Origin: Adineta vaga | Taxonomy: Eukaryota > Animalia > Rotifera | NCBI GenBank assembly: GCA_021613535.1 | Contig: CP075496.1 | Coordinates: 12,400,001-12,464,000 of the forward strand | Length of the DNA stretch: 64,000 nucleotides | Direction: 5' to 3' | In this document: positions 1 through 12,834 of the stretch, piece by piece | How positions within the stretch are numbered: position 1 is the stretch's first letter | Layout: each line of letters begins with the position of its first letter | Notes under the pieces: model-generated | Seen by the model: the letters and a program-made list of their open reading frames with translations, nothing else | Database searches by the model: none | What the model was told of the DNA's origin: nothing | Translations under genes and position numbers: made by a program

Positions 1-811
1 TGAGATCGTGTATGATTATTTATCTAGAGAAAAGAAAGACATATTTCTAATGATTAATAACGAAGAAAACATTTTGTTTCAATTATTTACTTGAGAATTG
101 GAAGGCCAACGATGATCGCTAAAAATATTAATGTAAAGATAGAACAAAAAACAATATTTGTTTTCTAAAGATTTTTACGAACAATCGTTGATCATTTGAC
201 GGATGTGTAGTTAGAAATTCTTTAACAGGCTTAAGTGGACGTTGATGAGATTGTGTTTGAGTATGATTAGAAGGCTGTTAAAAAACAAGAAAACATTTCG
301 TAGTTTAAAAAAATAAATGAAAAAAAAAACAATATAAAAGTAAGTCCATCTACCGAATGCGAACGCAATTGATTGCCATCATTACGTATACCAAATGATG
401 TTAATGGTGTACCTTCTAAAAAAACACTTTGATATCGTTTTGGTGTTGAACCACTTGAAGTTGAATTCGATGGTACATGTTGAAGATGAGATGCTTCTTC
501 GGATCGACGAGTTCCTTTCTCCTTAAATAAATAAAAGCTAATGTTCAATTGGATCTGATGTAATATGACTATTTTCATAATCATGTATTGATTATGTGCA
601 AAACTTTTCTTTTTCTTTATATTCTCACATTCTATTCACTAATACTTGAACATCGTTGAATAAGCAAACTATTCTTAAAATGATCAATTAGATCAAACAA
701 AGAAATTTCCAATTCTTTTGATTGTTCAAAGAAAATCTTTTACATTTAATATACCTTCAATTTTTGTGGAACGAATGTAGTTGGTTTAATTGGACGAGTT
801 GCAGTAGCCAT
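1..811 (-). CDS. 5' part of an unidentified multi-exon, S/T/Q-rich protein; runs off the window start
   Basis: ATG at 811 (MATATRPIKPTTFVPQKLK). GT-AG exons at about 755-811, 353-522, 178-274 and 91-118 join in frame. Confidence 0.6.
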
Positions 812-1504
812 TAATATATGTATGTATTTATACAACTAAAAGTATTTCGATCGAGAAAACGTGAACATCATTTTTGTCTGCACTCATTATAATGGTTGTA
901 GGAGAGCGACATTTGTGAGCTGCCAGCATGGTTGATGACAAAACAAATAAAAAGATTTTTGGAAAATGAATTGAAAAGAGAAGGAATTTGTATATTAAAG
1001 AATTTATGCCGTAAAAGAAATCAACTGAATGTTGAAGAATAGAAATAATAGGTGAGCAAGAAAGCGAGAGAGAGAGAGAGAGAGAAAGAGGGCAGAGAGA
1101 AAATGAAAGAAGAAAAAGAAAATGAATCGAACGAATTTGTTTATTTCCTTATCCATCACGACAGCATGATTTCGTTGATCATCGTCAATATTTTTAAGAA
1201 TAATGAAAAAGAAAGAGAAAAAAAGAGTTTTCGTTTCAATTCACCATTCGTCGATTTCGGCTTTGTTTGTATGATTAAAATTATATAGGAAAAGAAAAAG
1301 AAAGAAATATTCTAATCGATTGTTGAGTATGACATTGAAGTTGAATTTGATAGGTTTCATATTCTTATTACCTTTCAAGAAATTAAAAATTTCGTATGCA
1401 AAAAATTTGATAATCGAACGAACAAAAGTCATTTTATTTATTTATTTTTATTTTTTTCATAGATTAAAACTAATCACTGAACAAAATGAAGACAGATGAT
1501 GTAT

Positions 1505-2572
1505 TCAAAGCATAAATGGTAAATCTTTATTTTCTTCACCAACACCAAAATAAAGTGAACCAAAACGATTCGTTTCTGGAATATGAAAAAAGGCCATACC
1601 AAGCCACTGAAGACTACGAATTTGCACTAGGCCACTTCCACGTTCATACTGAACGCTCCAACCTAAAATTTATACAAATCAATTAATGCATAACTTCACG
1701 TTCATCTTTACATACCTTTTGGTATATCTTCATCGATTGTATCAAGAAATTGAACACTTTTATCAAGATTTGATCGATGTATAAGGCTTTTTTGTTGAAG
1801 TTGAATTGGTTCACGAAAATGAAAATAATTTGTCAATTTACCGGCTTCTGTTATTGTTAATCCTATGAAAATAAAACGAACTATTTACATGGAACAATTT
1901 CTTTATTTTATTTTTTACCTTCAAATGTTCGATTTCGTTCAACATTACCATTTGGTTGGAGAACATACGAACTTCGTGGAATAATTAAAGCATCTTGTTC
2001 AATCTTCCATAAAACAGCAGCTAAGCGTTCTTCTTCACGTAATTGTGACTAGAAAAACAGATAATGAAAAACAAGAAAAGGATCGGTTTTTTTTTCATTA
2101 CTTTATTTTCGTCAACATTTTCATCTTCTGTATTTTCATTGATTATAGTATATTTTGTTACTTCAAATTCATGTGATGGATCACCAGTAAACCGTCCTTG
2201 ACATAATAATGATAATTCTTTTGCTTCATCATCAGCTGAATTTAACATATTCCAATTAATACAATCTTTACTAAAAAACAATTGATCAAAGAAAAAAAGT
2301 TATTAATTTTCTGTAAATTACCAGTAGGAATATCTTTACCTGTAGAGAAATTGTCGTTCTCTTAATTCGTCTTTTTGACGACCCTGAACAATAAAATAAT
2401 CATCAGTTATTCCTAAAATTTTACCCCATAAATGAATTGTTTTAAATTTATATTGATCTTTTAGAATAACAAGTGATGTTTGCAATGAAGCACGTTGTTC
2501 AGGACTAAAGACAATGCCACTAAATGCTAGAAGATCAACATCAAGATTAAAATCTTTTGCTTCGATACCCAT
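1505..2572 (-). CDS. RSPH9: Radial spoke head protein 9
   Basis: SPEQRASLQTSL..LWGKILGITDDYFIVQG, GRFTGDPSHEF and C-terminal YFGVGEENKDLPFML* match RSPH9. Multiple short introns. Confidence 0.93.
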
Positions 2573-2672
2573 TTGATGTTTAATTTATGTTCACTGAAAG
2601 AAATGTTTCACACCTTATTAATGAAAATTTTGATAGAAACATACATATACAATCTAGTCATTTAGTAAATAC

Positions 2673-2685
2673 GTTGCTTCGAAAC
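2673..2685. promoter_or_regulatory. Putative RFX X-box upstream of RSPH9
   Basis: GTTGCTTCGAAAC about 100 nt upstream of the ATG of a motile-cilia gene. Confidence 0.45.
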
Positions 2686-3920
2686 GAACCTCTATTGAAG
2701 TAGACAAGACATTTTGAATAAAAGAGGTCGCTTTATTGGAATAGTTCTGCCAACATAAAAAAATATATTCAATACCACGAGAGATCAATGATTACTTGAA
2801 AGAGATTTTATTTTCAATAACCGCTGTTTCAATTAATTAGAGTCTGTCAACAAACCAAAGAATATAACGAAGGAACGCTAGCGACTGATTCGAGAGTTCA
2901 TCAAATTCTATTTAGCATTAGCATATAGCCGCCTTTTACAGTTAGCACGTGTGATTTATCAAATAGTCCTTATTATCACAAATAAAAATCTTAAGATTAA
3001 AAACTGAGTCGCAAATATCGGTGTTGGAAAGTGGAATAATTCTTGTCACATTCAAAAATACAATTATATCTAGTTATTTTCTCAGTTTTGAAGCGTGATA
3101 AAATTATAGAGTTTGTATTGAAACTCTATTGGACTTCACGTGATCATTTTCTAGTAAAAATAAAAATAAAAATGATGTATTGAGGTTAGAATCTGTTTCA
3201 CAAATATTTTCCTTTTTTTTATTGATATTTTGATAAACATTCCATCTCTGCATGTTGTCTATATTCGTTGAATGATAATATCATATAGAATCCTGTTTAC
3301 TCATGAAAGAACTGGCACAATGCGACTTTTTTACATCTAAATAGCTATAGTAATTTTCAAATGATCGAATAAAATGCGAAAAATCATTGATTACATACCT
3401 TCTGTTCTTGCTAGTATTTTATTTTAGTTTGTTTTCTACATATTGATTACTATGCACGAATAGAAATTTACGTGCTTCATAGAGAATATTAAATCGAACA
3501 CAGTAGAATCTAAAATAAACTTTTTTAAATACATGAAACTAATATATCTATGTCTATATATTTTCAGCGTATCTACCAACTAATAATCAAATACTTCATA
3601 GAATAAAACAATGTATATTATTTTAATAAAGAAGCTCAACAAATGAAATTCAATTTTTCCAGTAGAAAAACTACGCTTGAAAATATTCTTTCTAGTGATC
3701 CATATTATTTGCACGTGTTGTGAAGACTCTTAGTACCGAGAATTGTTGTCTGAGGAAAACTTACTATCTATATATATATTGAATTATATTAATTTATTTT
3801 CAAAGTCTTAGAAGATCGAGGGTGAGAACGTAATTATCGAAACATTTCATTTGAACGTTCGGTGAGATACGTATCAGTCAGCAAGGAAGTTCTTGAGATA
3901 ATTTAGGTTGCAAATTACCA

Positions 3921-4872
3921 ATGTATGACAATTATCGAAGTTCGAGAGTGGCACCCCTGGATACATCGTCAGCATCGATGAATGATTTATTACCAACGTC
4001 TGCACGAGTATCCCAAATTCAGACAAATTACAGAAATGATGAAAAGCAGATTCTACCATATCAGTCGAACAGACCTTCTCAACCATGGCAAACGGATCCG
4101 TATTCATCAAATTCATATCAAAATCCACCAAGTATAGCAAAACAAGTGTAAGTACTATTTATTCTGATCGAACTATAATAGAAATGTTGTCTATATCGAG
4201 TAATAGTGCGCCTGCTGCTTCAACAAAGAAATTTCTTATTATAGCATCTGTACTGGGCGTTATCATTGGTCTGTGTATGTGTGGTATTCCGTTGGGAGTT
4301 ATCACAACGTTGTACTTAAAATTGAGTAAGCTCGATGATATCAATACTGAATAATTATAAAACAAACTATAATTTTTTCTTCCAGAATCAGATGGAAGTG
4401 CTACTTGTGCAACTACAGGTGGAAGGATTATGTGCATTGTATTTTGAAAATTATCAACGTATTTTTTCATTTCTTTGCAGGTTCAAGTTCTGTCAGTTTA
4501 CCACCTCAATGTACGACATACACAACTATTTCAGAAGCAAATCGTCTTACTACATGCACAGGCAGCTATTATACTGATTGTAGTTGGACAGCTGGTTGGT
4601 ATCGAGTAACAGGAGGAGGTGCTACTAAATTGGCAACTGTTGCTAGTAGTACAAATTACTGTTGTACATCGTATCCAGGTTGGTTCAATGGAACTCTTCC
4701 AACTACATCTGGTGCGACTACGATAGGAATGTACTGCATCAATTATAGTGGTAATTTGTGTTACAGTCCATGGTCAGTGAGCACGGTTCTTGTAACAAAT
4801 TGTGATGTATTTTATGTTTACTATCTACCAACGATAACGAGTTGTAACTCACGTTATTGTACGACATATTAA
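3921..4872 (+). CDS. Type II membrane protein with a C-terminal uromodulin/GP2/OIT3-type D8C cysteine-rich domain
   Basis: Polar N-terminus, then a TM segment (FLIIASVLGVIIGLCMCGIPLGVITTLYL), then WYRVTGGG..C.TSYPGW.NG.LP..C....VTNC..FYVYYL...CNSRYC. Introns at about 4148-4206, 4326-4385 and 4419-4480. Confidence 0.75.
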
Positions 4873-5753
4873 CAAGATGGTTAATATTCATGAACTAAAA
4901 ATATACCATACTCGCTATTGTATTCCAAAAAATGAATTTATTCTCGAATAAATATATTACTTTACAATATATCTCGATGTATCATAGTGTTTGATACATT
5001 GTGTATATTGTTCAAGAAATAAAGATGATTATTATACAATACAGCCAGGTATACTTTTATTTTTAATACGATTTTAATTTCAAAACAGGTGATTTTCACA
5101 GAGTCACATGAATACATTACGAAATTTCCCATCAATAGTTCAAGTTTGTTGATTGTATTCTGTTAAAGGACTTCTTTTTTGAATCAATTGGAACTCTATA
5201 AACAAAGATATTTATTGTTTTCAAGTGATCCAAATTTAGTTGAAACTTAAGAAATTGAGAAAAAGAATATCTAGAGTATTGAATGGAAATAATCCTTAGG
5301 AACAATCTGAAAAAGTCTGAACATTAATTTCATTTTCATTTCTTATAGTTTGATTCTGCATCGAAAATATAGTTTATGAAATGACACGACATCTCTCATA
5401 ATAAATGTGATTGAATGTTGATGATGATAATATGAATCATACCCTAGATTTTCTTCTGTTTTTTCCTTTTCGTTTCCTGAGTATTCTGGATAGGTAAGAT
5501 AATCAGGTATTTATATAGATTAGAAACCTATTTCTACAACTAAAATGAGTCTGAAAGATACCATACATCCTGCGATATAGTGTGGTAAATAGTCTGAATG
5601 ACGCAATACATTGTATACCGTACAGTCATGTAAATTTCGCAATTACGGTTTTGCCTCTGTCATGGTACTACAAAAATAAAATTTAGTTGTATATATATAG
5701 ATTCTCCTTTTAATTTCAAGTTATTTCAAAAGTTATTCTATTTTAGAAAAATA

Positions 5754-8700
5754 ATGACGGAGAGCTTTGCATCATCAGATTATTCTGAAAATCTACAGCT
5801 AGAAACAACATATTCAAATAATAACAACGACAATAATCATAATCAACGAAAACAAAAACGTCGTCCAATGCAAACAAGTTCACAAGACGCTCGATACAGT
5901 CATCGTTCTTATCAACAGCAACAACAACAACAACAACAACAACAGTGGTATCCAGAAAATATGTATTATGATCAATATTATTACAATCCACCACCTTCGC
6001 GTGGTGGATATATGAATCATAATTATTATAATTATCAATCACAACAACCACAACAACAACATCATCATCGACGCGGTCAAAATCGGCATCCAACTTCGTC
6101 AGGACAAATGAATCAACAAGCAAATATTCGTCCATCCAATCATCATTCATTAGGACGATCCACTGGTGAAGTGGAAAATCTTCGTTCGACATTAACCGAA
6201 CAATTATTAGAAAACGTTTATGAATGTATGATATGTATTATCAAAATCAAGTATGTTTCTAGAGGAAGAAAAACGTTTTATTAATTTCATTTCTTTTTCA
6301 GTCGAGACGAAGAAATATGGTCATGCGATATTTGTTATAAAATGTTCCATTTAAATTGTATTAGAAAATGGGCAAATTCCGAAGAGAGTGGTACTGATAA
6401 AAACTGGCGTTGTCCAGGTTGTCAATATTCTTATTCAACAAATCCAAATTATACTTGTTTCTGTCATAAACGTACTAATCCTATTTTTCAACCAGGTGAA
6501 ATTCCTCATTCCTGCGGTGAAAGATGTGAAAAACGATTGAATACAAAGTCAAACGATTGTAATCATCGTTGTTCAGAGTAAAGATTTAGTATAAATTGAA
6601 ATTCGATCTTCTATTTTGCTATTTTCGTTTAGACTTTGCCATCCAGGTCCTTGTCCAACATGCACAACAATGGTTAAACGTTCATGTTTATGTGGACGTG
6701 AATCTCAAACAATTATGTGTAGTTCAAATTCATTAATTAAATGTGAAAATAAATGTGGAAAATTGAAATTATGTCAACATCATCGTTGTGAATTGGTACG
6801 ATTCATTGACTATTTTCATCGCTTTTTTATAATATTAATTTTGGATATTTCTAGGTTTGTCATCCACGAGACTGTGAACCATGTGATCAGTTAATCAAAC
6901 AAATATGTTTATCACATGGAACTGAAAGAGAAGTTTTATGTACAATTGAAACGGGTGATACGAATTTATACACCTGTGGTGAAGTGTGTGGAAAATTACT
7001 TCAATGTGGTCAACATCGATGTACAAAAACATGTCATGATGGATCATGTTCAGATTGTTTGCTATTACCGAAGAATTGTAAAACGTGTGCTTGTGGAAAG
7101 ACAACAATGGATAATGAACAACGAACTTCATGTCTTGATCATGTATGTTTAAAAAAATGAATAAGCCGAATGTGAATTATAAACAGAGATTATTTTTTAT
7201 TTCTAGTTACCAACTTGTGACAAATTATGCGACAAAATTCTATCTTGTGGTCCAACAAATGATCATCATCGATGTTCAGCTCAATGTCATAATGAATCAT
7301 GTCCACCGTGTAATAAAAAATCTATACTTCAATGTCGTTGTGGACAATCTAGTCAATCAACATCATGCGTCGAAGCTATCCAATATGATCCAATAAAAAA
7401 TCCATTTTGTTGTGAACGACGATGTAATCGTAAGAAAATATGTGGAAAGCATCGGTTAGTTATTTCATTTCTGATTTTACATACAAAAACTAACCGTCTA
7501 TTTTCATCTTACAGATGTACTGAAATGTGTTGCGATCGTGATATTCATGTCTGCGAAATCATCTGCGGTAAAACGCTTAATTGTGGCATTCAGTATGTTT
7601 TAATAATGAAATTAAAAAAATTAAAATTAATATATCTATATAATTTCTTCTTATTTTTAGTAAATGTGAAGAATTATGTCATAAAAATCCTTGTCGTAAA
7701 TGTCCAATAAATAGTTATGATGAATTAACTTGTCGCTGTGGTCAAACTGTACTTCAACCACCGATTGAATGTGGTACAAAACCACCCATATGTAATTACA
7801 AATGTGATCGTACACATACTTGTGATCATCCAGTTTATCACAGCTGTCATAATGACGATGAATGTCCACCATGTACACATCTTGTATCAAAAATGTGTGT
7901 TGGTGAACATACATTACGTAATAATGTAAGCTATTGACTTGAATTTTCTTTTTATTTGCATGAAGAGAATTATTTTTTTATGATAGGTTCCTTGTCATTT
8001 AAAAGAAGTCTTATGTGGTCAACCATGTGGCAAACCTCTTCAATGTGGTGTTCATACGTGTCAACGTGCATGTCATTCAGGCCCATGCCAAACAGTTGAT
8101 CAGAAATGTACTCAACGATGTGCTATGAAACGACGTGAATGTGGTCATCCTTGCAATGTTCAATGTCATGGACATGAACCATGTCCTTCGACCACTTGTC
8201 GAGAAGTCGTTAAAGTTCGTTGTCCATGTGGTCGATTATTAAAAGATGTTGTTTGTAATATCAAATCAAATGAATCGAGTGAAAATAAAGATGATGTGAA
8301 TTTAACACAATCACTGGTTCAAGCATTATCTGTCCGAACGATCGATTTATCTCTTGCAAGAAAACAACAACAACAAGTTCAACTACCACAATTGGAATGT
8401 GATGATGAATGTCGTATTATACAAAGAAATAAAGCTTTAGCACAAGCTTTATCGATTAATCCCGAAGAATCACGACAATCAGTAGTTGTTTATACAGATT
8501 TTTTACGTGATTATGCAAAGAGAAATGTAGAATTTGTACAAACTGTTGAACGACAATTTGCTCAACTTGTCGAAGAAACTCAACGTCATCGTGCTTCAAA
8601 ACGATGTCATTCATTTAAACCCATGAAAATTAATGAACGTCATGTTGTTCATGAATTAGGAACATTCTATGGTTTAGAAACACAAGCAATGGATCCTGAA

Positions 8701-8820
8701 CCACATCGCAATGTGACTGCATATGCATCGTATGGTGTATGTAAAATTCCAACGGTTCTATTAAGTGAAACAATACGACGTGAAAAATTGAAAGTACCAC
8801 CTCCTGTTACTTTGATATGA
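5754..8820 (+). CDS. NFX1: NF-X1-type zinc finger protein (RING/PHD, NF-X1 repeats, R3H)
   Basis: YECMIC..FHLNCIRKWA..WRCPGC, repeated CH.GPC NF-X1 fingers, and the R3H motif FKPMKINERHVVHELGTFYGLETQAMDPEPHRNV. Confidence 0.92.
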
Positions 8821-9087
8821 ACAGATATTGAAATATACATATATACGCATAGTTATACGTAGTTTTTTAAATTTCATTTTCGTTCTCTTTTTTTCTGTCT
8901 TTTCTCGCTCCCTTCATATTTCATTAAAATAAAGAAGAGCCTGTCTCAGGGTATCTCTATTGTGTTATCTTATTTTCAATATATCTATATAGAAGAAACA
9001 AGAAGACCAAGTAGTTTTCTCATAAAGATAGATTAATGTTTCTTTTTTCTTTATGTTAGATTATTATTTGTGCAATAAGTCTAAACT

Positions 9088-10105
9088 ATGTATTGTCGTT
9101 CATTACTAATGATTTCTCGATTGCCGCGTGTACATACTTCTCATATTACAAATCAATGTTTAGTCACATCTTGTAATCATCCATCGTTATTCTTTCTTCA
9201 ACAGCAAAATCGTTCCTTAGCAGAAGATACATCTTCTAAAACATCACCCGGTCTTCTACGTCGATTTTTTCGTTGGTATATGAGAAAACCGAAACCAGTC
9301 GAGATTAAACCAGTTAAATCTACACCTTCTGAACCACCACTCACATCAATGCAACGATTAAAACGTTTTCTTGCACTTTCGCCGCCGATTGAACGTCTGT
9401 TTATTCGTTCACGTATTATTGAAGATGAAGATTTAGCACGCTTAATATCAAAAACAGCTGCTGTAACCATCTATGCATTTATTGGTATTACTACACTCGG
9501 TACACTCGGTGTCGATACTAAACCATTATTAGCTGGTATTGGTATAACTGGTTTTACCGTTGGTTTTGCACTAAAAGAAGTAGCAACTAATTTTATCTCA
9601 GGTGTTTTTCTTGTTATTAATAAACCATTTGTACGAGGCTGTCGAATTAAAATTCATGGAGGTGGTGGAGGTATTGAAGGTAAATTTGTTTTCATATCTA
9701 GCTGATTATTTGAATAGTTTCATAATAAAACAAAGGTCTTGTTCATTACATCGATGTTCGATATGTACATCTCAAAACTAATGATCGTAAGTAATAATGA
9801 TGTTGTTATGTAAAGTGAAATGTATCTATTTTTGTTTTCTAGATGGTATTATTATGGTTCCATCAGCAGTTGTGTATACGAATCCATTTACTGTCTTTCC
9901 AGCTGATGATGATGCCAATATCGGCTTTATAGATATGACGAAACCCTCACCTAGTGATCCAACAAAACCGGCGGAACCAATCCCAATTACACCAAAGATT
10001 AGTAGTAATAAGAGTACTGGTGCAAAAGAAGCAAAATTGACAATGAAATTAAGTACAGAACCAGCAGGATCATTTAAAAAAGCACCATTCAAAGAAAAAC
10101 TATAA
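9088..10105 (+). CDS. MscS-family small-conductance mechanosensitive channel with an N-terminal presequence
   Basis: Pore helix signature LGVDTKPLLAGIGITGFTVGFALKEVATNFISGVFLV. Spliced beta domain GIEGLVHYIDVRYVHLKTNDHGIIMVPSAVVYTNP. Introns at 9680-9735 and 9787-9842. Confidence 0.88.
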
Positions 10106-10328
10106 AAGTTACTGAATACATTCTATCTAACTAAAAGTTTCTTTTCTATAGTAAGCTTTTCATTTTCATCTTTTCATATATAAATCTTTTAACAATGAGC
10201 AAAATGTAAAAATAGTCTTTTTTTAAAGCATAAGTAAATGTAATTTGAATTTGTGATAAAAGACAGGCATATAGATGTATATTATCTATTCAAATCTACA
10301 CATTATTTATTATTCTAAACATTCATGA

Positions 10329-11081
10329 TTATTCTTGTGATTCAGGAATAGCAAGACTATCATCACGATCGAATACTGGTCGTCCATCAGATTTTGAACG
10401 ATAATTTTCATTAAAAACAGCATGAGCCCAAGTCAATGTGTCATTAGAAACTTCCATAGCCCAATGTGCTTTACGTGGCTGCACAAGCCAATCGGAATCA
10501 TTGATAAGTAAATCAAGTGCTTGTGCTACTTTATACCAATCGACAAGTAATCGACCATTAATAGGCAATTCAACATTTCGTGAACGAATGAATGATATAA
10601 TAGAAGTTAATGTTGGAAATTTTCGTGTTCCTTTCGTTATAATTTCCACAATTGATTCTGTTGATCGTAAAACTATTAATAAAGCTGTTTTAGTTATTGA
10701 TGTTGATAATGTTACTTGATGAACATCGTCCTTTTTTAATTCAAGCATTCGATTGAATGTTCGTTTTAAATCAAGAAAATTTTCACTTAATTTATCCAAA
10801 TTAAAGTTACCCGTTTTACAAAATAAAAGTTCGTTTTGAAAAGATTGAACATGATCAGCTTGTGATTCAACTGATGTAATTACGATTGCTTCGCGATTAT
10901 CAGTAACTGGAACATTAAATGCATATTGTCGTAATTGTTCGTCTTTTTTCAATTCAGTATTTTGACGAAGTTGTTCAGCTAAGGCAAGAACATGAAACCA
11001 ACGGTTACGAGCAAAATGACTAGATTGTCTGTCCGTTGCTATTGGATGATCGTGATTTGATGATGTGGATACTTCACTCAT
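10329..11081 (-). CDS. Unidentified 250-aa protein with an intronless ORF
   Basis: Long ORF with globular composition and typical codon usage. No family recognised. Confidence 0.75.
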   Translation of the reverse strand: MSEVSTSSNHDHPIATDRQSSHFARNRWFHVLALAEQLRQNTELKKDEQLRQYAFNVPVTDNREAIVITSVESQADHVQSFQNELLFCKTGNFNLDKLSENFLDLKRTFNRMLELKKDDVHQVTLSTSITKTALLIVLRSTESIVEIITKGTRKFPTLTSIISFIRSRNVELPINGRLLVDWYKVAQALDLLINDSDWLVQPRKAHWAMEVSNDTLTWAHAVFNENYRSKSDGRPVFDRDDSLAIPESQE

Positions 11082-12834
11082 TCTTCTATAATAGAAAGTA
11101 AAAAAGAAAGAAATTATAGGGATATGTTTGAAACGTAACTATCTACAAAATAATGTCATTAAGAAAAATAATTAATTTTATCATCTCTACTTATGACATT
11201 CATGTTTTACTTTTGTACTAGTTAAACTTTCTTAGTATAGGGACGAGAACGTTTGTCCTTGGGTATGTTTCGAGATGCACTGTAATATTTCTGTGTTTTT
11301 TTTCCTTCCTTTCTTTCTTCTCCACGAAAACTATTCAATAAATACTTTAGAGTATCGCTGTTTTTGTCACTGCCGTTGTGTTTTATTGGACTATGCATCG
11401 ATATATATGTATCCTCCCTTTCCGTTTGGACTACAGAACGAGAGAGAGAGAGAGAGAAAAAACATGACGTTATTGCAATCTCGTAATACACGATTTGAAA
11501 AGAAAAACAGTCTTTCTTATGTCAGTTTTTTTTTCATTTTCTTAATATATGATATGCGTTGATCTGTTAATTAAACTCAAGTCTGAAGGATGTAATATGC
11601 AACTGTGTTAGTATATATATACATAAATTAGTAGTTCTAGACGACATTCTACAAAAGATAATAAGTCGGAAATAGTTTTGTTACCATTGTGTCTATACGC
11701 CAAGAAAAAAGCATTTCTTTCTTCGATTTCAACTGCCTATTAGCATAAGTTTTGTATGGAATATTTAAGAATGAAGAAGAATTGCTAATTATGATTTACG
11801 TGTCAACAATCTTGAACAAATTCTAATGATCTATATTTTTTTTGTAAAACCAAAACTTTGAATGACTTTTATGATGAGATATAATTCTTTCCTTTTCGCC
11901 TATTTCTTATTTATTTTGTTATTAAGCACTTTGTCTGTCTTGAGTATTTGCTATTCGTTGTTTTTTGATGATAAGACATAGAGATATAAAATCGTGTAAA
12001 GTACTCAAGAGATAGAAACAAAATGTCATAAATAGTAACATCGATCAAAAGTCAAGTAAAACCTCTCAAGATAACTTTGATAATAATTGGTTTATGATGA
12101 CAAAACTCGTACAATATATGCATTTCATAGTCCCAAGCGATACATTCGTTTCATTTAGCAAAGAAATTGTAAGTAATCAAGATGGTCGTTATATTCTTTG
12201 CTTGATGGTGTTGTTGATATTTCTCAAGTCCTATACGTCAATAAGATTTTGAGGAATGTCTTTCATCACATATGAATAAATTTCGTCTGGCTAATCAACT
12301 AATGATTGTCATACGAAATCCATCATAACGTCATAATAAATTGTGCTGTAAGACAGTTATTGATTAGTATACTCTACCAAATGTATAGATCTTTGTTTAA
12401 TATGTGACATTCAATATTCAAAACTGACAAAATATTACATTTGATATTATGAATATCATTAACTCGAAAGTAGAGATAAAATCACCATTCACAAAAACAT
12501 CAGATATATTCAATGCTGAGAACAATCTACTTCATGTAACAAGAACGGCGATACTCATATTTTATATGTTCTCATACCTTTCGCAGAAATCAGAAGCCGA
12601 GATATTGTGTATTAATTGATAATGAGTCTGTAGAAGATTGTTTACGAAAATTATATGAGTACGACGTATCTTTTTTGATTGCTTGTATAAACACGTGGAA
12701 TAAAACAAAGAAGAAAAATGATACAGTTGAATGATTTAGATACTTTCAATGTTGATCGTCACTATTAATATCGTCATCATTTTATCATTTATTTATTTAC
12801 TTTTTCACCGCTACATTTTTCTAAAAATAATACA

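Noticed and set aside
5743-6192. Antisense V/D-rich ORFs over NFX1 (also over the Q-rich gene and CADPS)
   Set aside because: These are shadows of CAA repeats on the coding strand.
11938-12010. Inverted 9-mer TCTTGAGTA/TACTCAAGA as a possible MITE
   Set aside because: Too short, no target-site duplication and no second copy.
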